64,000 bases of DNA from SAR324 cluster bacterium (GTDB lineage: Bacteria; SAR324; NAC60-12). The translations under genes and the position numbers were made by a program. The notes beneath the pieces were generated by a model, which was not told the origin of the DNA, made no database searches, and worked only from the letters and a program-made list of their open reading frames with translations. Location of the stretch: contig JADGAT010000014.1 of assembly GCA_015231885.1 (NCBI GenBank), forward strand, positions 1,349-65,348, written 5' to 3'. Below, in pieces: positions 48,449-57,106 of the stretch. Every line of letters starts with the position of its first letter. Within the stretch, counting starts at the first letter, position 1.

Positions 48449-49108
48449 ATGGGACAGATGATCGATGAAGAGGATTGCGAAGTATGTGTAGAATTTGACC
48501 AGGAATGGATTTTTACCTACGGAGACTTGGTTACTCTGCTGCTGTGCTTCTTCATTTTGCTTTTTTCCATGTGTAAAATGGATGTAGAAAAAATTAAAGA
48601 AGTTTCTCAGAGTTTTAAATCCATGCCTCCCGGCAGTCCTTTTGTGTTTAGTGGAAAACAATCTGTCATGGAATCAGTTGCCCAGGAAGTAGAAGACATG
48701 GAAATGCCTGACGATGTAAATGTCAATGTTTCTGATGAAGGAGTAGAGATCACCTTCAAAGAAACCATTCTGTTTGATGTCGGTGCTACTGAATTAAACC
48801 AGCAGGCAAAAGAAACTCTGGCAAGAGTGATTCCTATTATTAGCGGTCTTCCTAATATTATTCTCATTGAAGGGCATACTGATAGTGAAACAGACAACAA
48901 TCCGAATTTTCCCAGTAATTGGGAATTTTCTGCGGCACGTGCTGGTGCGGTCGCCTCTTTTTTGGAATCTGAAGGTATTCCAGGAGCACGCCTTCAAGTG
49001 TCGGGGTATGCTAATCTTCGTCCTCGTTTTTTTAATGACACTTCCTACAAGAGAAGCTTGAACCGGCGTGTGGATATCATACTGCTGCCCGAAAACCTGA
49101 CCAGGTAA
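48449..49108 (+). CDS. motB: Stator B subunit (MotB/PomB family), copy 1
   Basis: WIFTYGDLVTLLLCFFILLFSM TM with the conserved Asp; OmpA-like IEGHTD, NWEFSAARA, NRRVDI. Confidence 0.92.
   Translation: MGQMIDEEDCEVCVEFDQEWIFTYGDLVTLLLCFFILLFSMCKMDVEKIKEVSQSFKSMPPGSPFVFSGKQSVMESVAQEVEDMEMPDDVNVNVSDEGVEITFKETILFDVGATELNQQAKETLARVIPIISGLPNIILIEGHTDSETDNNPNFPSNWEFSAARAGAVASFLESEGIPGARLQVSGYANLRPRFFNDTSYKRSLNRRVDIILLPENLTR
48464..48592 (+). repeat. 129-bp exact repeat, copy 1 (identical to 49136-49264)
   Basis: Base-by-base identity from GATGAAGAGGATTGC to GATGTAGAAAAA. Confidence 0.95.
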
Positions 49109-49120
49109 AAAAGGACTCCC

Positions 49121-49771
49121 ATGGGTCAAATGATTGATGAAGAGGATTGCGAAGTATGTGTAGAATTTGACCAGGAATGGATTTTTACCTACGGAGACTT
49201 GGTTACTCTGCTGCTGTGCTTCTTCATTTTGCTTTTTTCCATGTGTAAAATGGATGTAGAAAAATTCAAGGATGTTGCTCAAAGCTTCAAACCGACTCCG
49301 GCAGGCAGCCCATTTTTACTGGAAGGTAATGATGCCATTGTTGAACGAATTTCAACAGTGGTGGAAAACAGTGAGATTTCTGAGGAGACCACAATGCGGG
49401 TAGAAGATCATGGCGTTGTGGTGTCTTTCAATGCAAGGGCACTTTTTGAATCAGGTTCTTCCGTCTTAACTGAAAAAGCAAAAACGGAACTGTCTAAATT
49501 TTCTAAACTGCTTTATTTCCTGCCTAACAAGCTCTTAGTGGAAGGTCATACAGATGATGCTCCACTGCCTCAAGGAATGTCTCATTGGCAGCTGTCTAGT
49601 GCGCGCAGCAGTGTTGTTGCACGTCATTTAATTACAGGGGGTGTGGATGAAAAGAAGATCACTATCAAAGGATATGGAAAATATCGTCCACAATTTCAAA
49701 ACAATATACCCGAGCAACGCGTTTTGAATAATCGGGTAGAAGTGATTGTGGTGCCAGAAGGAGAACAATAG
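49121..49771 (+). CDS. motB: Stator B subunit (MotB/PomB family), copy 2
   Basis: Same first 48 aa as copy 1; diverged OmpA-like domain VEGHTD, WQLSSARS, NNRVEV. Confidence 0.92.
   Translation: MGQMIDEEDCEVCVEFDQEWIFTYGDLVTLLLCFFILLFSMCKMDVEKFKDVAQSFKPTPAGSPFLLEGNDAIVERISTVVENSEISEETTMRVEDHGVVVSFNARALFESGSSVLTEKAKTELSKFSKLLYFLPNKLLVEGHTDDAPLPQGMSHWQLSSARSSVVARHLITGGVDEKKITIKGYGKYRPQFQNNIPEQRVLNNRVEVIVVPEGEQ
49136..49264 (+). repeat. 129-bp exact repeat, copy 2
   Basis: Identical to 48464-48592; period 672 bp. Confidence 0.95.
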
Positions 49772-49780
49772 GATAAAGCT

Positions 49781-50707
49781 CTATTTTTCAGCAGATCCCT
49801 CCCATTTGGGACAGATCTTTTTAAAATTGCAGTACATACAAAATCGGTCATTCTCCGTCATAGTAAACCGTTCTTCATTTGCTTGATTATTTCCAATATC
49901 TTCCAGTAAAAATTGCATATCCTGAATGGATTCAAAGATGGTCTTTTGAATTTTTTCTAAATTGACACCTGTTAGTTGATGATGTGTGGTATCCATGTGC
50001 ATCAGATTGACTTCCATGAGTTTTATTGTTTTTGGATCGACTTCCCATTGCTGCCATGCAAACCATCCATAACATGCCATTTGTAAATCATGATTATACT
50101 CCACGGATGATCCAGTTTTCCAATCATAAACCAGTACCTGGCCTACCATTCGTATCGCCAAATCAATGGATACATATACTTTGACCTCATTGAGAAGAAA
50201 ATAAGATAACTCTTCCAGGCAGAGCCACTGTTCTTTGGGGATCGTTTTGATTTCTTCCAGTAGTGGGGAGTGATAAAAATTTCGTATACATTTTTCTATA
50301 TGCTCGGCCGTCTCTTTCCATACTTCACCAGGTAATTCCAATTGATATTCATGCTCAAACAGTCCACAGCTCTTTGGTGACTCTAAATAAAGCTGGTCTC
50401 TTGAGCTTTTAAAATCGTCCCTCATGCTGCGAAGTGTTTGTTCAATGACCTCTTCCTCTGTTTTTATAGGTTTTTCATCTCGGACCGCTTCTAGAATTCT
50501 ACGGATGGCTGTGCGTACTTTTTCTCCAGACCAGAGGTGCCGGTTGACCAGTTTTTTCAGGACATAAGTCGTACGGGTGCGTTCATCACAGTTGCGCTGC
50601 CATCCTCCCCATGAACCATAATAATGGTAATAATATTGTTTCTGGCACTTTCTAAATATCTCTTCACGAGACTTTGACCAGGAAAATTCATTTTTGAAAC
50701 CTATCAT
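49781..50707 (-). CDS. PD-(D/E)XK nuclease, AddB/Cas4-like, with 4-Cys Fe-S staple
   Basis: SWSKS...KCQKQYY, IDL...VYDWKTG, QMACY, C-terminal CMYCNFKKIC. Confidence 0.82.
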   Translation of the reverse strand: MIGFKNEFSWSKSREEIFRKCQKQYYYHYYGSWGGWQRNCDERTRTTYVLKKLVNRHLWSGEKVRTAIRRILEAVRDEKPIKTEEEVIEQTLRSMRDDFKSSRDQLYLESPKSCGLFEHEYQLELPGEVWKETAEHIEKCIRNFYHSPLLEEIKTIPKEQWLCLEELSYFLLNEVKVYVSIDLAIRMVGQVLVYDWKTGSSVEYNHDLQMACYGWFAWQQWEVDPKTIKLMEVNLMHMDTTHHQLTGVNLEKIQKTIFESIQDMQFLLEDIGNNQANEERFTMTENDRFCMYCNFKKICPKWEGSAEK

Positions 50708-50898
50708 TCTTTCCCTTGATATTTATGGCTGCTCTTCCATAATTATGCGCTTGTGTTGTTACTGAACCTACCTTTTATTAGCAAGGGTGGGAAAAATCAC
50801 AAGCTTGTGTTTGGAACACTTGCAATTGTCTTTCGTTTTATTCAATATACTCTGGTAAGTTATCTAACTCAAATAGCGCGTTTGGTCTCTGCGAATCG

Positions 50899-52713
50899 AT
50901 GATTCCAAGAAAAATCTCCACTCAAGTGTCCATGCTGCAACTGTCCATCGCTAAAAAAATAATTTTGGTTGCCATGGCGGCGTTATTGCTCGCTATTTGG
51001 AGTATTCACTCTGATTATACTGCCCAACTAAAAAATCATAACAGAGATACTCTCCGATCACATGCTTCAACCATTGCCGCACACTTCCAAAAATATGTAT
51101 CCGACCAGCTAGAACAAAGAGAGGAGTTTCTTTCTATTAGAACAGGCCTTACGGAACAAGTTCGTTGGATGCGCCAGCATCTTCCCTATCAAAAAATGCT
51201 CAGTCATATTGGAATTGTCGCAACTACCGGCCGCATTTTATCCCATACAAACACGAATCTAGTAGATCAGCATCTGCCTGAATCAACTATCCGGGAACTT
51301 TCTTCTACCAGGAAGCAGACATTTTTCAAAGAAAACGGAAGCTATCATTTTTATACCCCACTCATACAAGATGATAAGTTGTATGGTTTTGTACTCATTG
51401 GCTTTTCAGAGTCTGCAATTGAGGAAAACATTGGAAAAAATTTTCAAAACTCTTTATTCACGCTCGCAAAAGCCATTACTATCTTCATTGTCATCATCGG
51501 TATTTTTCTATTCTTCTGTATTGATGCCCCTTTTAAACAAATTCTTAAAGACATTGAGAGCATCGTACAGTCAGAAAATTTATCATTAAGGGTTGAATTT
51601 CAGTCAAAAGATGAAGCAGGTCAGATAGCTCAAAAAATCAATCTGCTGTTAGGCCTTCTGGGGCAAAAAGAAAAAGATGGGGAAGTATTATCAAAAAAAC
51701 ATGAAGAGGAAATACTCCATTATAAAGAATGGTTGAATCCGCTTGAAGAAGCCACTCAAACACTTTGCTCGCTGTTACCTCAAGATTTAATTGCCGCTTC
51801 TGCTAAGACAGCACAGGACGAGAAATCAAATCTGCAGACGATTATAGAGGCTCAACCTCCTATCATTGAGGAAAGGGATTCATCCCGATATTCTGCTGCG
51901 CAACTCAATAAACAAAAACTTATTACTATTGCAACCGATATAATAGTCGTGCAAAAAATTCTGCCTCACTTGCTTAAACTAGCTGCAGAAGGCGAGGCGA
52001 TATTGCAGGAAGTGTATGAGGATACACCATATCCAGAGCAACTGCTTAATGAAAAAACGGCGGACTTTCAACTCCATAAAGTTCGTTTTTTAGAACCTCC
52101 ACAAGATGCACCCGCTCGAGTTGTGATCTTTGATGATTTTGAAATGACTCGGTTTGCCTACGCAAAGACATTAGAAAATGACAAGGATTTTGAAGTCGTG
52201 GGATCCTTCAGCAATGCAGACAACTTCGTAGGAATATGTAAGGAACTCTCGCCTCACTTGGTATTAATGGATATTGACATGCATGCTACCATGAATGGGA
52301 TTGATGCTACCCAGGCATTGACTACCTTGTTTCCACATGTCTGCGTTGTCATTCTTTCGATACACCGCAGTCCTTATTTCATTACCAGAGCTTTGGCCGC
52401 AGGAGCCCGTGCCTATCTTTCCAAAAAAACCAGTTTGGCCAAACTATCCACTATTCTGAAAATGAGTTTGGATAATTGTATTGTCATCAATGAAGCCAGC
52501 GCCATTTATTATCTCAACTACCAAAAATTCTCTGAAATTTTTACCAGCACAGAAATGAGAGTATTTATGGAGATGCTGGAAGGATACACTGCAAAAGAAA
52601 TTGCGGAGCACTTGGGGTCGTCCAGTAAAACTGTGGAAAATCATATCCATAATATCTTACGAAAATCACATACCTCCCGTGAAGACATTACTCGATATTT
52701 TACCTCTATTTGA
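50899..52713 (+). CDS. Membrane sensor (TM-periplasmic-TM-HAMP) fused to NarL-type REC and LuxR HTH
   Basis: Two TM segments; HAMP PFKQILKDIESI...DEAGQIAQKIN; REC VIFDDF...LMDIDM...VVILS...YLSK; HTH FTSTEMRVF..MLEGYTAKEIAEHLGSSSKTVENH. Confidence 0.8.
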   Translation: MIPRKISTQVSMLQLSIAKKIILVAMAALLLAIWSIHSDYTAQLKNHNRDTLRSHASTIAAHFQKYVSDQLEQREEFLSIRTGLTEQVRWMRQHLPYQKMLSHIGIVATTGRILSHTNTNLVDQHLPESTIRELSSTRKQTFFKENGSYHFYTPLIQDDKLYGFVLIGFSESAIEENIGKNFQNSLFTLAKAITIFIVIIGIFLFFCIDAPFKQILKDIESIVQSENLSLRVEFQSKDEAGQIAQKINLLLGLLGQKEKDGEVLSKKHEEEILHYKEWLNPLEEATQTLCSLLPQDLIAASAKTAQDEKSNLQTIIEAQPPIIEERDSSRYSAAQLNKQKLITIATDIIVVQKILPHLLKLAAEGEAILQEVYEDTPYPEQLLNEKTADFQLHKVRFLEPPQDAPARVVIFDDFEMTRFAYAKTLENDKDFEVVGSFSNADNFVGICKELSPHLVLMDIDMHATMNGIDATQALTTLFPHVCVVILSIHRSPYFITRALAAGARAYLSKKTSLAKLSTILKMSLDNCIVINEASAIYYLNYQKFSEIFTSTEMRVFMEMLEGYTAKEIAEHLGSSSKTVENHIHNILRKSHTSREDITRYFTSI

Positions 52714-52717
52714 TTAT

Positions 52718-53185
52718 TTACTGTTTCTTCAAACAAAACTTATCATAATTCTGCCTATCGTTTTTGGCATGATCTGAACCTCCCTCCATTTTTGCTTTTT
52801 TAACAGCGTATTCCCAATGAGTACACGGCGGTTCAAATGTTTCTTCATAGATGTAGGATCCTATATTATTTAAAACTTCCTCTGGCAAGGGCAAAGGGGG
52901 CATCACTCCCAAAGCACTCACGGCATTTTTCATTAACGCTTTTTCTTCCTGCGGGTGATTCACATATGCGACAATATGTTCAATCACTTTTTCTTTTGTC
53001 AGATAAGCTTTTTTATATTGCCTCTGAATTCCGTACATAGGAGGACCCAGTGGGGGAATTTGATCAGGATCGTGGCAAACCTGGCAGGAAGGATAAAATA
53101 ATTTTCCAGTCTCAGCTTCTGGGCTGAAGGCATACACATTAGAAAAAATCATCACTGCAGTAATACCAATAATCAATACTCTCAT
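52718..53185 (-). CDS. Monoheme c-type cytochrome
   Basis: Signal peptide, CQVCH heme motif, GPPM, distal GVMPP. Confidence 0.85.
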   Translation of the reverse strand: MRVLIIGITAVMIFSNVYAFSPEAETGKLFYPSCQVCHDPDQIPPLGPPMYGIQRQYKKAYLTKEKVIEHIVAYVNHPQEEKALMKNAVSALGVMPPLPLPEEVLNNIGSYIYEETFEPPCTHWEYAVKKAKMEGGSDHAKNDRQNYDKFCLKKQ

Positions 53186-53329
53186 ATTTCACCCCTTGTT
53201 TTTTTATCCGTTTTTGCTGTTTGCTCTCAGCAAAATAACTTATTTATTAAATAATTGCAATATATTAATATACTTATTAGTTAAATAAAAGATGAAAGAA
53301 AAATGGAAAAATTGTGAAGAGTACGAGTT

Positions 53330-54538
53330 TTAGGGAAGAGAAAGTTTACCCAGTGTCGTTAACGTTTTACACCCTGTGACACCTGGCAGAGTGACTGAAT
53401 TGCCAGAGAGAAATTCATTGGCCAGTACAGCAAACCCCATGGCTTCCCATGCATCGGGGTTCATTCCTAGCTCAGAAAAAAGGCGAATATCTAGATGGGG
53501 AAGCAGAGTCCGAATTTCCTGCATCAATGTCTGATTATGAAGGCCTCCTCCGCTGAAATACACTTCTATTGGCTGATCAGTTGGAAGAAACCTTTTATAG
53601 GCATCCTGAATAGAATGTGCTGTCAGAGAAGTTAAGGTAGCAATGATATCCTCTGAAGATAAATGATAGTTTTTTGCAAGATTTAGTACTTTTTTCAAAT
53701 AGGTTTCTCCAAATAATTCACGACCTGTTGATTTGGGAGGAGACCATTTAAAAAAGGGTTCATCCATTAAATAATTGAGCAGGCCGGAATGGGTTTTTCC
53801 CCGAGCAGCAATCTGCCCATCCAAATCAAAGTGTTGTTCTGGGTCAATCAAATCAGCAACAGCCAGATTAATCAACACATTGGCAGGCCCGGTGTCAAAT
53901 GCCAAAACTTTTTTATCATCATCAGAGCCTGGTAAATAAGTCAGATTGCTGATGCCTCCCAGGTTGTGAAATACTCTATTTTTTCCGGGTTCAGAAAAAA
54001 GAAGGTAATTCACATACGGAATCAAAGGAGCTCCCTCTCCCCCCATTGCAATATCCTTCATGCGGAAATCAGAGACAGTGATGATTCCTGTTAAGGCAGC
54101 AATCTGGTCAGCATCCCCAACTTGGAGCGTAGCCACCAGCCGATCCCCTTCCCAATTTTTACCATTTGGCAAATGAAACAGTGTTTGCCCATGACTGGCG
54201 ATGCAGTCAATTTCGGAAGGAGGTTCTTCCCATTTGTCCAGCACTGCTAGAACTGTTTTACCTAAAAACTGTCCCAGATCTGTGTGCAATGCGCAAATTT
54301 GATCAACACTGGACAGATGAGGCTGAAGCTGTTCCTGAATTTGTTCTTTGAGAATACTGGGGTAGGGGATGGTAATGAAATGCTCCAATTGCACATCTAA
54401 TTTTTGCTCTTTTCTTGAAATAACGGTCAATGCCAGATCCACTCCATCCAGTGAGGTTCCTGACATGATTCCTATAATACGTTTTTTTACTTGATGTGAA
54501 ACAGCAAGCAATTGTTCCATTTTGTTCATTGCAGTCAT
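53330..54538 (-). CDS. anmK: Anhydro-N-acetylmuramic acid kinase
   Basis: IGIMSGTSLDGVD, ASHGQT, DFRMKDIAMGGEGAPL, NLGGISN, FDTGPAN, PPKSTGRE. Confidence 0.95.
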   Translation of the reverse strand: MTAMNKMEQLLAVSHQVKKRIIGIMSGTSLDGVDLALTVISRKEQKLDVQLEHFITIPYPSILKEQIQEQLQPHLSSVDQICALHTDLGQFLGKTVLAVLDKWEEPPSEIDCIASHGQTLFHLPNGKNWEGDRLVATLQVGDADQIAALTGIITVSDFRMKDIAMGGEGAPLIPYVNYLLFSEPGKNRVFHNLGGISNLTYLPGSDDDKKVLAFDTGPANVLINLAVADLIDPEQHFDLDGQIAARGKTHSGLLNYLMDEPFFKWSPPKSTGRELFGETYLKKVLNLAKNYHLSSEDIIATLTSLTAHSIQDAYKRFLPTDQPIEVYFSGGGLHNQTLMQEIRTLLPHLDIRLFSELGMNPDAWEAMGFAVLANEFLSGNSVTLPGVTGCKTLTTLGKLSLP

Positions 54539-54641
54539 GATAAAGAATAAAGTGAAGTAGAAACGATCATAGCAAGTGTGTGCGAAAATCATTCCATTTC
54601 GTAGACTGCAGCCGGCATAAAATGTTGATAATGAAGAAAGA

Positions 54642-55415
54642 CTAAAATGAATCTTTCATAAGCCGTATTTCCTTCAACACCGCAATTGGTGTGACTTCTT
54701 TTTGAGGTTTACGCTGTTTAAACAATTCCTGAATTTCGGTACTGTCGCAGCGTAAAAATGGATTGGTTTGTTTTTCAGATTCGAGAGTGGAGGGCGTTGT
54801 GTACCCTCCTTTACTTCGTATTTCCTGCACTTGTGTCATTTTTTCCTGCAATGTTTGATTTCCGGGTTCCACCGATAAAGCAAACTGCAAATTGCTTTCT
54901 GTATATTCGTGTCCAAAATAAATTTTTGTTGCAGACGGATGTGCCCCTATTTTCTCATTCAGTGAGCGGTACATTTGTCCAGCAGTTCCTTCAAACAAAC
55001 GCCCACAGCCTCCTGCGAACATGGTATCGCCTGTAAATGCAGCATCCTCAAAATAATAGGAGACAGCACCCGTTGTATGTCCTGGATTAAAAGTGATATG
55101 TCCTTCTAAATTTCCTATTGTGACGATATCGCCGTCATCTAAAAACACATTCTGCCCTGGGATTCTTCCTTGATCAGAGTGGTGTCCATATACTTTCAAA
55201 CCAGGTATTTTGTCAATCAGTTTTGTGTTGCCGCTCACATGATCCCAATGGTGGTGGGTATTCAGGATAGCAACCAGCTCGATGCTCTGCTGATGGATTT
55301 TTTCCCACACAGGGCTAAATTCGGCTGGATCCACAACACCAGCCTGACCAGTCTTTTCACAAATAATTAAATATGAATAGTTGTCACTCAAACATGGAAT
55401 TGGGATTATTTTCAT
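54642..55415 (-). CDS. gloB: Hydroxyacylglutathione hydrolase (glyoxalase II)
   Basis: MKIIPIPCLSDNYSY, THHHWDH, PGHT, FTGDTMF..GCGRLFEG, GHEYT, EKQTNPFLR; ATG 55415 with SD AGAGG. Confidence 0.95.
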   Translation of the reverse strand: MKIIPIPCLSDNYSYLIICEKTGQAGVVDPAEFSPVWEKIHQQSIELVAILNTHHHWDHVSGNTKLIDKIPGLKVYGHHSDQGRIPGQNVFLDDGDIVTIGNLEGHITFNPGHTTGAVSYYFEDAAFTGDTMFAGGCGRLFEGTAGQMYRSLNEKIGAHPSATKIYFGHEYTESNLQFALSVEPGNQTLQEKMTQVQEIRSKGGYTTPSTLESEKQTNPFLRCDSTEIQELFKQRKPQKEVTPIAVLKEIRLMKDSF

Positions 55416-55473
55416 AATAGACCTCTTTTTATTGTGAATAATTGAATGAAAAATTTGTAGAAAGAGTCCCTGT

Positions 55474-56310
55474 CTAACTGGACTTGAGCATGGAATACAG
55501 GCGGTCAAAGTCATCCAGAGAATAATACTCAAGAGAGATGCTTCCTTTTCCGCTGCGGTGGTGCTTGATTGAAACTTTTGTACCCAGGTGTCTTTGTAAT
55601 TCTGTTTCCAGAGTCATCAATTGAATTTTCAAATCTTTATCATCCACGGTTTGTTTTTTTGTGGAGGAAGCATTTCTGTCTTTGCCCATCAGAGTTGTCA
55701 AAATTTTCACAGCCTTTTCGGTTTGTCGAACCGACCAATTGTATTTGAGCACTTGCTCCCGAACACGCAGTTGTTCTTCTGGAGAATGGAGTGCGAGTAG
55801 TGGGCGGGTGTGACCGATGGTCAAACGAAATTCTTCCAGGTCATTTTGAATGGCAGAAGGAAGTTGCAGCAGGCGAATCAAATTAGCAATGGTGGAACGG
55901 TCTTTGCCGATTCGCCGGGCTAATTCTTCCTGAGTATACCCATGCTGCTCCAACAACTCCCGATAGCAGGCTGCCTCTTCAATGGGGGTCAGGTCTTCCC
56001 TTTGAATATTTTCAAGTAGTGCCACTTCCAGTAAATCATCTTCTTCAATCTCCTTAACAATAACTTCCACTTCCAGGATATCTGTCAGCTGAGTAGCCCT
56101 CCAACGTCGCTCCCCGGCCACTAACTCATAGAGGTTTTCACCGGAAGAAGACTTTCTGACAATCAAAGGCTGAATAATTCCTTGTACACGGATAGATTGT
56201 GCTAAATTCTGAAGGGATTCTTTTTTGAAACGACGTCTAGGCTGGCGAGGGTTCGGGATAATTTGCCCCAATGGTATTCGCAGCAAGCGTTCTTGCTCAT
56301 TTAGCGGCAT
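55474..56310 (-). CDS. parB: ParB/Spo0J family CTPase
   Basis: PNPRQPRR.F, GIIQPLIVR, LVAGERRWRA, ALLENIQREDLTPIEEA, HTH GKDRSTIANLIRLL, WSVRQTE. Confidence 0.88.
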   Translation of the reverse strand: MPLNEQERLLRIPLGQIIPNPRQPRRRFKKESLQNLAQSIRVQGIIQPLIVRKSSSGENLYELVAGERRWRATQLTDILEVEVIVKEIEEDDLLEVALLENIQREDLTPIEEAACYRELLEQHGYTQEELARRIGKDRSTIANLIRLLQLPSAIQNDLEEFRLTIGHTRPLLALHSPEEQLRVREQVLKYNWSVRQTEKAVKILTTLMGKDRNASSTKKQTVDDKDLKIQLMTLETELQRHLGTKVSIKHHRSGKGSISLEYYSLDDFDRLYSMLKSS

Positions 56311-56337
56311 ATAACTCCTGCATGTTCTCTAAGGCTT

Positions 56338-57087
56338 TCATAAAATAAAACGATCTTTTCTTTGCAAAAACACAAAGAATTCCTTATTGCCACTTTTTTT
56401 ACCCGGAATAGAGGATTCAATCCATTGCAACACTTTCAATCCTTGTGTTTGGGCCACTGCGATGATATCTTCCTGTACTCGTTGATGAACATCGGCTTTA
56501 CTCACACGTCCACGCTTACCGACGTCGGCTTTACTTGCTTCAAATTGAGGTTTTACCAATGCGATGATGTGCCCCTCTGATTTCAAAAATCGAAGTACTT
56601 CTGGAAAGATCAATTTAAGAGAAATGAAAGAAACATCAATGACAACAAGATCCACAAAGGTGCCAATCTGTTCAAATGCGAGATTGCGAATATTCGTTCG
56701 TTCCAGGGAAGTCACTTGCGGATGCTGACGAAGTTCCCAGGCAAGCTGCCCATATCCTACATCTACCGCAAAAATGTGTTCAGCACCATGCAACAACAGG
56801 CAATGGGTAAAACCACCTGTAGAAGCACCAACATCTAAAGCAACCAGTGCCTCCGGAGAAAATTCTAATTCCCACAGAGCAGCTTCGAGTTTCACGCCTC
56901 CACGGCTGACATAGGGATGATCTTTTTCTATAATCCGAAGTTTTGAGGATGCCTGAACCAATTTTCCTGCCTTTTCCACCCGCTCTTCATTAACCAGTAC
57001 TTTTCCGGCCAAAATCAATGCCTGAGCTTTTTCGCGTGATGGAACCAGCTTCTGTTCAACGAGAAGAAGATCAATCCTTTTTTTCAT
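56338..57087 (-). CDS. tlyA: TlyA family rRNA 2'-O-methyltransferase
   Basis: S4 domain; YVSRGGVKL, LDVGASTGGFT, DVGYGQL, DVSFISL, LVKPQFEA, GN.EF. Confidence 0.93.
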   Translation of the reverse strand: MKKRIDLLLVEQKLVPSREKAQALILAGKVLVNEERVEKAGKLVQASSKLRIIEKDHPYVSRGGVKLEAALWELEFSPEALVALDVGASTGGFTHCLLLHGAEHIFAVDVGYGQLAWELRQHPQVTSLERTNIRNLAFEQIGTFVDLVVIDVSFISLKLIFPEVLRFLKSEGHIIALVKPQFEASKADVGKRGRVSKADVHQRVQEDIIAVAQTQGLKVLQWIESSIPGKKSGNKEFFVFLQRKDRFIL

Positions 57088-57106
57088 GGATTGCCAGTTT
57101 TATGAG

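Noticed and set aside
48122-49282. Two minus-strand ORFs (179 and 162 aa) sharing an identical segment
   Set aside because: They are antisense shadows of motA/motB; the shared text is just the 129-bp motB repeat.
47630-50707. Zorya-like defence system (MotA/MotB homologues next to a nuclease)
   Set aside because: The A subunit is a normal 271-aa MotA/PomA with no long ZorA tail, the B subunits look like PomB/MotS, and the nuclease is on the opposite strand and is PD-(D/E)XK rather than a ZorC, D or E type.
53186-53329. AT-only palindromes upstream of the cytochrome c gene (e.g. TATATTAATATA)
   Set aside because: Expected by chance in a very AT-rich spacer; no recognisable FNR or CRP-type consensus.
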